In this document: positions 63,917 through 64,000 of the stretch, in pieces
Layout of the letters: the number at the start of each line of letters is the position of its first letter
How positions within the stretch are numbered: position 1 is the stretch's first letter
Made by a program: the position numbers and the translations under genes
The notes under the pieces: model-generated
Told to the model about the DNA's origin: nothing
Database searches by the model: none
Seen by the model: the letters and a program-made list of their open reading frames with translations, nothing else
Assembly (NCBI GenBank): GCA_016219005.1
Contig: JACRCN010000054.1
Span: forward strand, 17,519-81,518
Origin: Deltaproteobacteria bacterium
GTDB lineage: Bacteria; Desulfobacterota; Desulfobacteria; Desulfobacterales; SpSt-501
Reading direction: 5' to 3'
Length of the DNA stretch: 64,000 nt

Positions 63917-64000
63917 ATGACCGACCGCGTCATCATTTTCGACACCACGCTCCGGGATGGCGAGCAAAGCCCGGGGGCGAGCATGAACACCGCGGAGAAG
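63917..64000 (+). CDS. leuA: 2-isopropylmalate synthase, N-terminal 28 codons (3' end outside the window)
   Basis: [28 protein letters not shown] is the canonical LeuA N-terminus. SD CAAGGAG. Confidence 0.85.
   Translation, partial: MTDRVIIFDTTLRDGEQSPGASMNTAEK

Overview
High-GC bacterial chromosomal segment. Gene content suggests an anaerobic Desulfobacterota / Syntrophobacter-like organism, but this is inference from content only and no search was run. I call about 60 protein-coding genes and find no rRNA, intact tRNA or CRISPR array.

Layout:
- 1-9.7 kb: an envelope/SAM-enzyme neighbourhood. It holds two membrane-embedded spermidine-synthase-like proteins, a Tat-signal AmmeMemoRadiSam-type radical SAM enzyme, two bactofilins, a signal-peptide Pcm, a small protein coupled to an alpha/beta hydrolase, a ferritin-like protein and a desulforedoxin-like mini-protein.
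- 9.8-11.8 kb: nucleoside transporter and a methyltransferase.
- 12-38 kb: a long, almost entirely minus-strand metabolic island. In map order it carries PdxA-like, LarA-like, a deacetylase, GatZ-like (plus strand), an MDR-reductase/enoyl-CoA-hydratase fusion, HIBADH-family, DapA-like, a NadB-like flavoprotein, a two-subunit class-I fumarase-type hydrolyase, a TAXI-TRAP transporter, SdhABC with a fused anchor, GntR, ferredoxin, a CitE-like lyase, SucCD-like thiokinase, MmgE/PrpD and an MBL hydrolase.
- 38-44 kb: alkaline phosphatase, an orphan gene, a decayed macAB-like efflux operon, and SpmAB-like and LptA-like genes.
- 44-64 kb: core housekeeping genes (murJ-ftsB, rpsT, leuS-lptE, rng, yajC-secDF, dprA-topA, ilvBN-ilvC-cimA-leuA).

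Most notable observations:
- The dicarboxylate-type catabolic island, with a thiokinase + CitE-lyase + PrpD + SDH + fumarase-type + TRAP gene set.
- The cluster of SAM-fold enzymes that all carry export or membrane signals.
- A classical Ile/Leu/Val-rich leader-peptide attenuator in front of ilvB.
- Two families of MITE-like palindromic repeats.
- A recent 117-bp in-frame tandem duplication in a bactofilin.
- A three-gene efflux operon reduced by mostly in-frame deletions behind a near-consensus promoter.

All functional calls rest on motif and family recognition by eye. No database search or numerical computation was run.
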